Assembly (NCBI GenBank): GCA_949289995.1
Contig: CASEQE010000009.1
Span: 5,706 to 69,705, forward strand
Length of the DNA: 64,000 bases
DNA from: an uncultured Peptococcaceae bacterium
GTDB taxonomy: Bacteria > Bacillota > Dehalobacteriia > UBA4068
Direction of reading: 5' to 3'
Part shown: one piece after another, positions 29,383 through 38,511 of the stretch
Layout: the number at the start of each line of letters is the position of its first letter
How positions within the stretch are numbered: position 1 is the stretch's first letter
Notes under the pieces: model-generated
The model's database searches: none
What the model saw: only the letters and a program-made list of their open reading frames with translations
What the model was told of the DNA's origin: nothing
Made by a program: the position numbers and the translations under genes

Positions 29383-29899
29383 CTCCAGATAAAGGGATGG
29401 TGCGAGTAACTTTTTCGCGCACTTCCATTACGTGCGCTTCAGCGCAAAATCACCAATTTTGGCTTATGCTGCTATTATACCATATGCAAGACTCTTGCGC
29501 CACAAAAAATTTACTTTTACCTGGATTTCGCAAAGCGCAGCGCTTACCAATAACCTCCATGCTGAATGATATCGTCTATCGTTTTCCTTCCTAACCAGCG
29601 GTATGCAAGCGAAACTTTACTTATTACCGTCTGTTTTACACTACTTCCAAGTTGATAAGTTTCGCCAAAACATGACTTTATTTTCTTTCATAAAAGGATA
29701 TCTCTTTATCCTTAAAGCGGTTAAAAGAGCAGATTATGTTTATTAAAAGTATTTCACGGTATAAAAAAGGTTATTGTTTAGCCACATAAAATATGTATGC
29801 CATTTTAAAACAAAAACTATACTTCATAAAAAAAATATGCTATATTGATGTAAATCAACATAAACCAAGCCAACAACTATAAAGAAAGAAAGGTAGCAG

Positions 29900-31303
29900 A
29901 TGGAAAATTGCCAAATCCAAAAAGTAGAATTATTGGTGCAAAACGCGCCCGGCGTTTTGGGCAGAGTCATTGCACATATACGCAATGAAGGCTGGAATAT
30001 CAAACGCCTATATGTGGATGAAACGGAAAATAGCGCCGTTTCTAAAATGGAAATCGATATAGAAGGTAAGCACAGCAAATTGGCGCAAGTTTTGGAACGA
30101 ATGTGTGCCATAGACTGTGTGATCAGCGTTATGCTCAACGGCCAAACCAAAACCAAAAACCAAGTTGTCTTACCCAGCGCCGAACCACGTATCACTATGC
30201 AACCGCCCCGTATCCAGGATAAGGCTGCTAACGTCTATCGGGTACTGACCATTAATCCTGGTTCTACATCTACCAAATTTGCCATCTACGACGATGACGA
30301 ATCCATTTTTATCCACACGATTCGTCATAGCAAAACAGATTTAAGCGGTTTTCCTACGCCAGCTGCACAAAAAGATTATCGAAAACAATGTATTCTCGAA
30401 GTTTTACAGCAGGTTGGTATGGATTTGCAATCTTTAGATGCCGTAGCTGGCAGAGGCGGTTTGCTCAAACCTATGGAAAGCGGCGTATATTTGGTCAATG
30501 AAGCCATGTTGAACGACTTGCAATCCCCAGCCGCCTCCATTCATGCATCCGCACTCGGCGCCATTATCGCCCATGAAATTGCCGCGGAACAAAACATCAA
30601 CGCCTATGTGGTAGATCCGGTGGTGGTAGATGAAATGGATCGCAACGCCAAACTAACCGGTTTGCCCGGCGTAGAACGAACTAGCATCTTTCATGCCTTA
30701 AATCAAAAAGCCATTGCCCGTAAACTTTCCGCAAATATTGGTAAACCCTATGAAAACTGCCGTTTGATTATCGCCCATTTGGGCGGCGGTATTACCATCG
30801 GCGCTCATCGTTATGGACGGGTTATCGATGTAAACGATGCCCTGGCAGGCGAAGGCGCCTTCACGCCTGAGCGCAGCGGCAGCATTCCTGCTTTGCCTTT
30901 AATCAAAATGTGCTTTTCTGGAGAATATACGGAACAAGAAATGATTGATAAAGTGGTAAAAAATGGCGGCATACAAGGATATTTAGGCACAAACGATATA
31001 CGTAAAGTAGAAAAAATGATGAACAACGGCGATGAATTTGCCGCCTTGGTTTTGGATTCTATGGCCTATCAAGTTTCAAAAGAAATCGGCGCCATGTGCG
31101 CCGTTTTGGAAGGCCGGGTGGACGCGATTATTCTCACCGGCGGTCTAGCCAATTCTATTCGATTTACCGGAGCGATTAAACAAAGAGTAGACAGATTGGC
31201 GCAAGTATACGTTTTTCCTGGCGAAGATGAAATGCAGGCCTTAATGGCCGGCGTTTTACGGGTATTGCGCGGCCAAGAACCGGTGGCGATATATGAGTCC
31301 TAA
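29900..31303 (+). CDS. buk: Butyrate (short/branched-chain acyl) kinase with N-terminal ACT-domain fusion
   Basis: Residues about 1-75 form an ACT-like βαββαβ segment (VELLVQNAPGVLGRVIAHIRNEGWNIKRLYV). Residues about 110-467 are an ASKHA butyrate kinase (INPGSTSTKFAIYDD...IAHLGGGITIGAHRYGRVID). Confidence 0.75.
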   Translation: MENCQIQKVELLVQNAPGVLGRVIAHIRNEGWNIKRLYVDETENSAVSKMEIDIEGKHSKLAQVLERMCAIDCVISVMLNGQTKTKNQVVLPSAEPRITMQPPRIQDKAANVYRVLTINPGSTSTKFAIYDDDESIFIHTIRHSKTDLSGFPTPAAQKDYRKQCILEVLQQVGMDLQSLDAVAGRGGLLKPMESGVYLVNEAMLNDLQSPAASIHASALGAIIAHEIAAEQNINAYVVDPVVVDEMDRNAKLTGLPGVERTSIFHALNQKAIARKLSANIGKPYENCRLIIAHLGGGITIGAHRYGRVIDVNDALAGEGAFTPERSGSIPALPLIKMCFSGEYTEQEMIDKVVKNGGIQGYLGTNDIRKVEKMMNNGDEFAALVLDSMAYQVSKEIGAMCAVLEGRVDAIILTGGLANSIRFTGAIKQRVDRLAQVYVFPGEDEMQALMAGVLRVLRGQEPVAIYES

Positions 31304-31444
31304 GCCGGCGTAAGCCCGCCTTAGCGGCAAAAAAGAACCGCTATCCAGCCTGGGACTGGATAGCGGTTCTTTTTGCTTGGATTCGCAATCTTTGCATAGG
31401 CGTTAACTTAGTCCACGCCAATCAACGCCCAGCCATGGGAAATG

Positions 31445-32446
31445 CTATCTTTCCTCTCTAAAATAATTAAAACCACAATGCTTAGGTATATTATGCTCTT
31501 TGCTCTGACGTACGCTCGTCAGAATCAGCACGAAAATCGTGGCCAGATAGGGTAGCAAATCATATATTTCAATCGGTATACCCAAAGGGATATACATACG
31601 AAGAATCGATAAACCGCCAAAAACCAAAGCGCCAAATATAGCCCGGCTGGGAGACCAAGTGGCAAAAATAACCAAAGCAACGGCAATCCATCCCCGGCCG
31701 CCAACGCAATTGTGAACCCATACGCCATACGCTGTGACCATACTAATATACATACCGCCAATACCACAAATGCCGCCGCCAATCACGGTGGCTAAATATT
31801 TATAGCGGTTTACGGCAATACCTGCCGCATCCGCCGCCGCCGGATCTTCGCCCACAGCCCGCAAATTCAATCCGGCACGGGTTTTATTCAAAAACCAAGC
31901 CAAAAGCAAAGCCACGACGATTGCGATATAAACCAGCAAGTTATAAGAAAAAAACAGCTTATTGATCCAGTATATCCATCGATTATCCGCAGCCAATTCT
32001 ACTAACCCCGGAAACAATGGGTTGTTGGCAAACGTCGCTTTCGCGCCGGTGGAAATCGCCATAAATTTTGTAGGCGAAGCGGAAGCGATAATCTCGCCAA
32101 AAAAGTTGGCGAACCCAATACCAAAAATGGTTAGTGTCAAACCGGTAACGTTTTGATTGGCCCGTAAAGTAATAGTAAGAAAACCGTAAATTAAAGCGCC
32201 AAACGCACCGCATACAAAGGCTGCCAGCAGAGCAATCAGCAAACAAATGATCCCGGTTAATTCTCCTAGCCACATTTCAGCAAAATATACACCCGCTAAA
32301 CCGGCAATGGCGCCCATAAACATCATGCCTTCTACGCCTAAATTCAAATTGCCAGATTTTTCGGTAAGAATTTCACCTAATGTGCCAAAAAGCAAGGGAG
32401 TGCCAGCCAAAACGGCCGCATAAAGCAAATTAACCAAATTATCCAC
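31445..32446 (-). CDS. ABC transporter permease (CUT2/BMP-nucleoside type), subunit 2
   Basis: 333 aa, about 9 TM segments. Its start overlaps the stop of the upstream permease by 8 nt. Confidence 0.75.
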   Translation of the reverse strand: MDNLVNLLYAAVLAGTPLLFGTLGEILTEKSGNLNLGVEGMMFMGAIAGLAGVYFAEMWLGELTGIICLLIALLAAFVCGAFGALIYGFLTITLRANQNVTGLTLTIFGIGFANFFGEIIASASPTKFMAISTGAKATFANNPLFPGLVELAADNRWIYWINKLFFSYNLLVYIAIVVALLLAWFLNKTRAGLNLRAVGEDPAAADAAGIAVNRYKYLATVIGGGICGIGGMYISMVTAYGVWVHNCVGGRGWIAVALVIFATWSPSRAIFGALVFGGLSILRMYIPLGIPIEIYDLLPYLATIFVLILTSVRQSKEHNIPKHCGFNYFREER

Positions 32447-33542
32447 GCTTTTTCCCCTCCTTGCGCAAAATCAAACGGTAATTGATAAAAAATTCACAAC
32501 CCAACATAAAAAATAGAATGATGCCGATTAAAACGTCAGAGGCGGAAGCTGGTATAGCATAAGTTGTCTGAATACGACCTGCCCCTTTTTCCAAAACGGC
32601 AATAAAAATGGCTACTACCACCATAGCCAACGGATTCAATTGCGCCAACCAAGCTACGGTAATCGCCGTAAAACCTACGCCGCCGGCAGTATTCTCCGTC
32701 AGCGTATAATCCGCACCCGCTACTTGAATAAAACCGACGATACCGGCCAAAGCTCCGGCAAAAATCATGGTTCGCACCAAAACTCTTCCCACATTCATGC
32801 CTGCGTAACGAGCCGTATTGGGGCTTTGGCCAACTACGGCCGTTTCAAAACCATGCTTGGAGCGGCTGAGAAAAATTGTCACCACCACCACCAAAACAAT
32901 AGCTATAATCCAACCAATATGGACGCCAAAAACTTTGGGTAAACGAGCGGCATCTTCAAACATAGCGATTTGCGGATGTCCACCGGGTTTTTGCCATGGG
33001 CCGGCCTGCAAATACTTAATCAATCCCAAAGCTACATAATTGAGCATCAGGGTAAACAGTGTCTCATTGGTATTCCATTTGGCTTTGCATAAGGCGGGAA
33101 TCGCGCCCCATAAAGCGCCGCCTACGGCAGCCGCCGCAAACATCAGGAGAAATAACGCCACAGCCGGAATGACGCCCACCCATTCCAAAGCAAAGTAAGT
33201 AGCGGCTATGCCGCCGGCCAAAATTTGCCCCTCCGCGCCAATATTCCAAAACTGCATTTTAAAAGATAGGGCTACGGATAAAGCGGCAATCAGTAAGGGA
33301 ATGGCGATTTTAATCGTGGACACCAAGCTAATTTTGGAGCCTACCGCTCCTCGAATCATTTCCGAATATACGGCAAAAGGAGAATGTCCCAAAAGCAAAA
33401 TCAACAACGCCCCGCATAAAATGGCGGCAATAAAAGCAGCCGCCCGGATGGACCAAGCTTTGCGCTGCGAAATCGTCGGCCGTTTGGCGATACGCAGCCA
33501 AGGTTCATGTTGCTTTGCAACTACCGCCGCTTGTTCAGTCAT
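32439..33542 (-). CDS. ABC transporter permease (CUT2/BMP-nucleoside type), subunit 1
   Basis: 367 aa polytopic membrane protein. It overlaps the ATPase stop by 8 nt. Confidence 0.75.
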   Translation of the reverse strand: MTEQAAVVAKQHEPWLRIAKRPTISQRKAWSIRAAAFIAAILCGALLILLLGHSPFAVYSEMIRGAVGSKISLVSTIKIAIPLLIAALSVALSFKMQFWNIGAEGQILAGGIAATYFALEWVGVIPAVALFLLMFAAAAVGGALWGAIPALCKAKWNTNETLFTLMLNYVALGLIKYLQAGPWQKPGGHPQIAMFEDAARLPKVFGVHIGWIIAIVLVVVVTIFLSRSKHGFETAVVGQSPNTARYAGMNVGRVLVRTMIFAGALAGIVGFIQVAGADYTLTENTAGGVGFTAITVAWLAQLNPLAMVVVAIFIAVLEKGAGRIQTTYAIPASASDVLIGIILFFMLGCEFFINYRLILRKEGKKRG

Positions 33543-35109
33543 TTGCGCTCGCCTCCTTCACCGCATCTTCCATACCGCCGACGTGCATCATCATCAAACC
33601 AATCTGTTCCTTGGTAGCCGTTGCGGCATCCACGACGCCGCTTACTTTACCGCCGCACAACACCATAATCCGATCGCTAATCTCCAATAACACATCCAAA
33701 TCCTCGCCGACGTATAAAACGGCCACGCCCTTTTTCTTCTCTTCGTTTAGCAGAGAGTAGATCGTATAAGACGAATTGATATCCAATCCCCGTACTGGAT
33801 ATGCGGCAATTAGCACCTGGGGCTGGGAAGAAATTTCTCTTCCCAAAAGCACCTTTTGTACGTTGCCACCGGAAAGCAAGCGCACGGGAGCATTGACGCC
33901 CGGCGTAACGATATCCAAACGGTCAATCAAATTTTCCGCCAATTTCCGTGGCGTATTGCGATCAACAAACGGGCCTTTGTTGCGATAATAGCTGCGCAAC
34001 ATCACATTATCCGTCATATTCATAGAGGCCACCAACCCCATGCCCAAGCGATCTTCCGGAACAAAACTCATAGAAATACCTCGCTTAATCATTTCTATCG
34101 GCGGCTGTCCTGCAATATTTTCCACTTGCGGCTTGCCTTGAGCGTCCTCATCATGAAAAAGGATAGAGCCGGCTTTTAAAGGCTGCAATCCAGCGAGAGC
34201 CTCGCATAATTCTTTTTGGCCGCTGCCGGCGATACCGGCAACCCCCAATATCTCCCCGCCATACAATTGCACGTCCACCCCGTCCAAAGTGGTCAGACCT
34301 TCCCCATTGACGCAGGTTAAATGGCTCGCATCTATAATCAGCTTTCTGTTCTGTACGATGGGTCTCTCGATGGCTAAAGAGACGGAACGTCCCACCATTT
34401 TTTCCGTCAGTTCCTGGGTGCTGGTCTGTTTGGTATCCACGGTTCCCACATAGCGCCCTTTGCGCAAAATATGCACGCGGTCGGATACCTCCAAAACTTC
34501 ATTCAGCTTATGGGTAATAATTACCACGGCCTTATTATCTTCCTTCATTCGCCGCAGCACCGCAAATAACTTGTTGGTTTCCTGAGGCGTTAGCACCGCC
34601 GTCGGTTCATCCAAAATCAGAATATCCGCCCCCCGGTATAACACCTTAACGATTTCTACCGTCTGTTTTTCCGATACGGACATATTATATATTTTCTTTT
34701 CCGGCGTCAAATCAAAGCCATATTTGGCAGCAATATCCCGAATTTGGGCATATAATGCCTTGCGATCAATGGTTATGCCCCCGGGTAAACCCAAAATAAT
34801 ATTTTCGGCGGCGGTAAATACATCGATCAATTTAAAATGCTGATGCACCATGCCTATCCCCAAATCAAAAGCATCTCGTGGACTGCGAATGGTAGCTTTT
34901 TTGCCATTCACAAAAATCTCGCCATGATCTGGATAATAAATACCGGATAACATATTAACCAAAGTGGTTTTACCGCTGCCGTTTTCACCCAACAATGCCA
35001 AAATTTCCCCCCGGCGAATATCCAAACTAATATTGTCATTCGCTACGGTTTTATCGAAAATTTTACTGATTTCTTTCATCTGGATGGCAATTTCATTTTG
35101 CTCCCCCAC
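33535..35109 (-). CDS. ABC transporter ATP-binding protein with duplicated ABC domains
   Basis: Two Walker A motifs (GENGSGKTT, GIAGSGQKE) and two signature motifs (LSGGNVQKV). Start reassigned to GTG 35109, which has GGAGG 8 nt upstream. The ORF-track start at 35151 lacks an RBS. Confidence 0.75.
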   Translation of the reverse strand: MGEQNEIAIQMKEISKIFDKTVANDNISLDIRRGEILALLGENGSGKTTLVNMLSGIYYPDHGEIFVNGKKATIRSPRDAFDLGIGMVHQHFKLIDVFTAAENIILGLPGGITIDRKALYAQIRDIAAKYGFDLTPEKKIYNMSVSEKQTVEIVKVLYRGADILILDEPTAVLTPQETNKLFAVLRRMKEDNKAVVIITHKLNEVLEVSDRVHILRKGRYVGTVDTKQTSTQELTEKMVGRSVSLAIERPIVQNRKLIIDASHLTCVNGEGLTTLDGVDVQLYGGEILGVAGIAGSGQKELCEALAGLQPLKAGSILFHDEDAQGKPQVENIAGQPPIEMIKRGISMSFVPEDRLGMGLVASMNMTDNVMLRSYYRNKGPFVDRNTPRKLAENLIDRLDIVTPGVNAPVRLLSGGNVQKVLLGREISSQPQVLIAAYPVRGLDINSSYTIYSLLNEEKKKGVAVLYVGEDLDVLLEISDRIMVLCGGKVSGVVDAATATKEQIGLMMMHVGGMEDAVKEASAND

Positions 35110-35542
35110 GATACCGCCCTCCTGTATAGATGATTTCAATGCAAGCATCATAGTTTACATTATAATATGCAATTCCATATATTGTCCAGATATTTTCTTT
35201 TTTCGCGAATGAAAGCGGAAAAAGATAAAACGACGTTTTGCTTATCTTCAAACCGCCTTTATAAAATAGAAGGCCAGTACATACCAAAGAACGCTTTGCT
35301 TTCCATGCGCTGCTATAATTCAAAGCGGCAAGCGACGGTTATCGGCGGCGGCAACCGCCTTCCGCATACAACCATCCCTTAGCCGGCCATGGCTGCCTCT
35401 GTCCAAAAAAATATATAGCGTACGCTGGGGAAAAGCCGCTTTCCCTGCGTACGCTATTAATAGGTTATATTACACGAAACCAACGGGGCGGTCCAAACAT
35501 TCTGCTTCAGCCGGCACAAAGGTTGGGGCAGAAAATTGGCAA

Positions 35543-36484
35543 TTATTTTCTGGCCAAAACCATTTTAGCCCGCATGGCAATGGCTTCCGGCGTTAAACCA
35601 TAATGTTTCAGCAATGCTTCTGGACTGCCGCTTTGACCAAACTGGTCGGCTATGCCCAGGCGAGACATAGGCGTTGGGCAATGCTCGGCCAAAGTTTCCG
35701 CAATAGCCGATCCCAAACCGCCAATGATACTATGTTCTTCCACAGTTAAAGCGGCGCCGGTATGGGTAGCCTGATCAATGATAAACTCTTCGTCCAAAGG
35801 TTTAATGGTGTGGATGTTAGCTACTGCAGCCTTAATGCCTTCCGTGCGCAACAATTCGGCAGCTTCCAATGCCTGATCCACCATCATACCACAGGCAAAA
35901 ATCACAATATCCGATCCAGGCAACAGCAATTCTCCGGAAAGCGGTTTGAAAGAACGGTTTTCTCCCGGCAATTGAGGCAATGCTAACCGTCCCAATCGCA
36001 AATATACCGGCCCATCATAAGCGGCCGCCCAACGAACCATTTGCTCCGTTTCCCAGGCATCCGCCGGAGTTAGAACCGTCATATTGGGCAAACTACGCAT
36101 TAAAGAAACGTCCTCAATCGCTTGATGAGAACCTCCATCTTCGCCAACGGTAATTCCGGCATGCGTGGCGGCAATTTTAACGTTCAGCTTAGGATAGGCC
36201 ACGCTATTACGAATCTGCTCAAAAGCCCGACCGGTGGCAAACACCGCAAAAGAACTAACAAAAGGAATTTTACCGCAGGCAGCCAAACCAGCCGCCACGC
36301 CAATCATATTTTGTTCAGCAATACCGCAATTGATAAACCGTTCCGGCGCTGTTTGTTTACTGTCCGCCGTTTTGGTAGATTTGGATAAATCCGCATCCAA
36401 TACGACAATATCGGTATTTTCCTTGGCTAAAACAGCCAAAGTTTTGCCATATGCTTCCCGGGTCGCTATTTTGATTTTATCCAT
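35543..36484 (-). CDS. Transketolase, C-terminal section
   Basis: Pyrimidine-binding and C-terminal domains, 313 aa. Start MDKIKIATREAYG after GGGAGG. The N-terminal-section gene is immediately upstream. Confidence 0.85.
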   Translation of the reverse strand: MDKIKIATREAYGKTLAVLAKENTDIVVLDADLSKSTKTADSKQTAPERFINCGIAEQNMIGVAAGLAACGKIPFVSSFAVFATGRAFEQIRNSVAYPKLNVKIAATHAGITVGEDGGSHQAIEDVSLMRSLPNMTVLTPADAWETEQMVRWAAAYDGPVYLRLGRLALPQLPGENRSFKPLSGELLLPGSDIVIFACGMMVDQALEAAELLRTEGIKAAVANIHTIKPLDEEFIIDQATHTGAALTVEEHSIIGGLGSAIAETLAEHCPTPMSRLGIADQFGQSGSPEALLKHYGLTPEAIAMRAKMVLARK

Positions 36485-36485
36485 A

Positions 36486-37301
36486 TCAATATCCTCCCAA
36501 TTGAGCCAAAGCCTGCTCCGCCTGCTCCTGATTGGGGGCGGACCCATGCCAACCGACCTGATTTTCCATAAAATCTACGCCTTTCCCTTTAATCGTATCG
36601 GCAATAATTACAGAGGGACGGTCTTTTTCCGCTTTTGCCCAATTGATTGCTGCCCGTATTGCCTGACAATCATGACCATCTATCCGCTGCACTTGCCAAC
36701 CAAAAGCCTGCCATTTGGCTTCCAAGGGTTCCGGTGACATAACATCCTCAATATTACCGTCAATTTGCAGGCGGTTATGATCCACAAAGGCAATCATTTT
36801 GCTCAAATGATAGTGAGAAGCAAACATAGCCGCTTCCCAAACCTGGCCTTCTTCCGTTTCACCATCACCCAAAACGGCATATATGTAGTAGGAATCCCCA
36901 TTGATTTTCCCTGCCATAGCCATACCGCAGGCGGCGGACAAACCTTGCCCCAGGGAACCGGTGGTCATATCCACACCAGGGGTTTTATGCATATCCGGAT
37001 GTCCCTGCAACTGACTGCCCAATTTACGCAAGCCAGCTAAATCTTCCACCGGGAAATATCCTTTTAAAGCCAACGCCGCATACAATGCTGGCGCAGCATG
37101 TCCCTTGCATAATACCAACCGATCTCGTTGAGGCCAGTCTGGTTTTGACGGATCGATCTGCATCTGGTCGAAATATAATGTAGCCAAAATATCCGTAGCG
37201 GAAAGCGAACCGCCGGGATGGCCGCTTTTGGCAGCCGCCAACATCATAATTGTTTGACGGCGCATTTGCAGGGCCAATTCTTCGGGAGAGCGAAACTCCA
37301 T
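36486..37301 (-). CDS. Transketolase, N-terminal section (TPP-binding)
   Basis: GHPGGSLS...GDGE...H motifs, 271 aa. Confidence 0.85.
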   Translation of the reverse strand: MEFRSPEELALQMRRQTIMMLAAAKSGHPGGSLSATDILATLYFDQMQIDPSKPDWPQRDRLVLCKGHAAPALYAALALKGYFPVEDLAGLRKLGSQLQGHPDMHKTPGVDMTTGSLGQGLSAACGMAMAGKINGDSYYIYAVLGDGETEEGQVWEAAMFASHYHLSKMIAFVDHNRLQIDGNIEDVMSPEPLEAKWQAFGWQVQRIDGHDCQAIRAAINWAKAEKDRPSVIIADTIKGKGVDFMENQVGWHGSAPNQEQAEQALAQLGGY

Positions 37302-37381
37302 AACACATCCTCCTTATGTTATACTGTGACATAATCGGTTATTTTTCTACGATCCATTTCGATTCAAAATCTATTTTACAA

Positions 37382-38486
37382 TTATACTTTAGGGGCAAAT
37401 TTTTGTAAATACGCTGCGATAAATCCATCCAAATCTCCATTCATAACCGCATCGGTATTGCCTACCTCATAACCGGTTCGATGATCTTTAACCAAACGAT
37501 AAGGTTGAAAAACATAAGAACGAATTTGGCTGCCCCAGCCTATCTCTTGTTGCTCGCCACGCAATTCATTCATTTGCGCTTCTCGTTCCCGCAGCTTTAG
37601 ATCCAATAATTTGGCCGCCAACAACTGCATGGCTCGATCTTTATTGGCGAACTGGGAGCGTTCATCCTGGCATTGCACCACGATCCCTGTGGGTAAATGG
37701 GTAATTCGAACTGCTGAATCGGTTTTATTCAAATGTTGCCCGCCTTTTCCGGAAGAACGATAGGTATCTATTCGCAAATCGTCGACATTGATCTCCACCT
37801 CATTATCATCCGCCACCTGTGGCAACACATCAACCGAAGCAAAAGAAGTATGACGTCGGCCAGCGGCATCATACGGAGAAATGCGCACCAACCTATGAAC
37901 ACCTCGCTCCGATTTCAAATACCCATAAGCATTTCTGCCGTTTACGGAAATGGTAACGCTTTTATAGCCTCCTTCATCTGCCGGTAAGCTATCAATAATT
38001 TCTACTTTATAACGATGATTCTCACAATACCGCGTATACATGCGCAGCAACATTTCTGTCCAATCCTGGGCCTCCAAACCGCCGGCGCCGGCATGCAGGG
38101 AAACAATGGCATTGTGACTGTCATATTCCCCGGACAAAAGCAGGGATAACTCCATGGCTGCCATTTCCTTGTTTACAGCGGTTAATTCTGCCGCTGCTTC
38201 TTTGGCTACACTTTCATCATTTTCTTCTGCAGCCAATTCATATAAGGTTGCGGCGTCACTAAAGTGGCGCTGCAAGCGTTGGTAGTCCTCTATCACATCC
38301 TTACGGCGATTAATTTGACTCAACAAGGCTTGGGCAGCTTGTCTGTCATCCCAAAAACCGGGCTCCAAAGTTTGTTTTTCCATCAAAGCCACGGCTTCCA
38401 TCTTTTGTTCCAGGTCAAAGAGACCCCCTTAACTGATTCAGTCTTTTTTCCCCTTCTTCCAGTAACGGTTTCAAATCTTCCAGCAT
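37382..38486 (-). CDS. prfB: Peptide chain release factor 2, produced by a programmed +1 frameshift
   Basis: ORF0 MLEDLKPLLEEGEKRLNQLRGSL ends at an in-frame TGA within CTT TGA C (plus strand gtcaaag, 38414-38420). The frame then shifts +1 into DLEQKMEAVALMEK... The SPF and GGQ motifs are present. An SD-like AGGGGG lies 3 nt upstream of the CTT codon (UCU spacer). Confidence 0.9.
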
Positions 38487-38511
38487 ATGATTCCTCCCTG
38501 AATACGTTTCA

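Noticed and set aside
35225-35275. Long imperfect palindrome AAGATAAGCAAAACGTCGTTTTATCTT followed by TTTCC, between the tkt terminator and the ABC operon promoter
   Set aside because: It could be a second terminator or an attenuator. It needs a 4-nt bulge, and it lies upstream of the putative ABC promoter rather than in a leader. A canonical tkt terminator already sits about 130 bp closer to tkt. The evidence is too weak to call.
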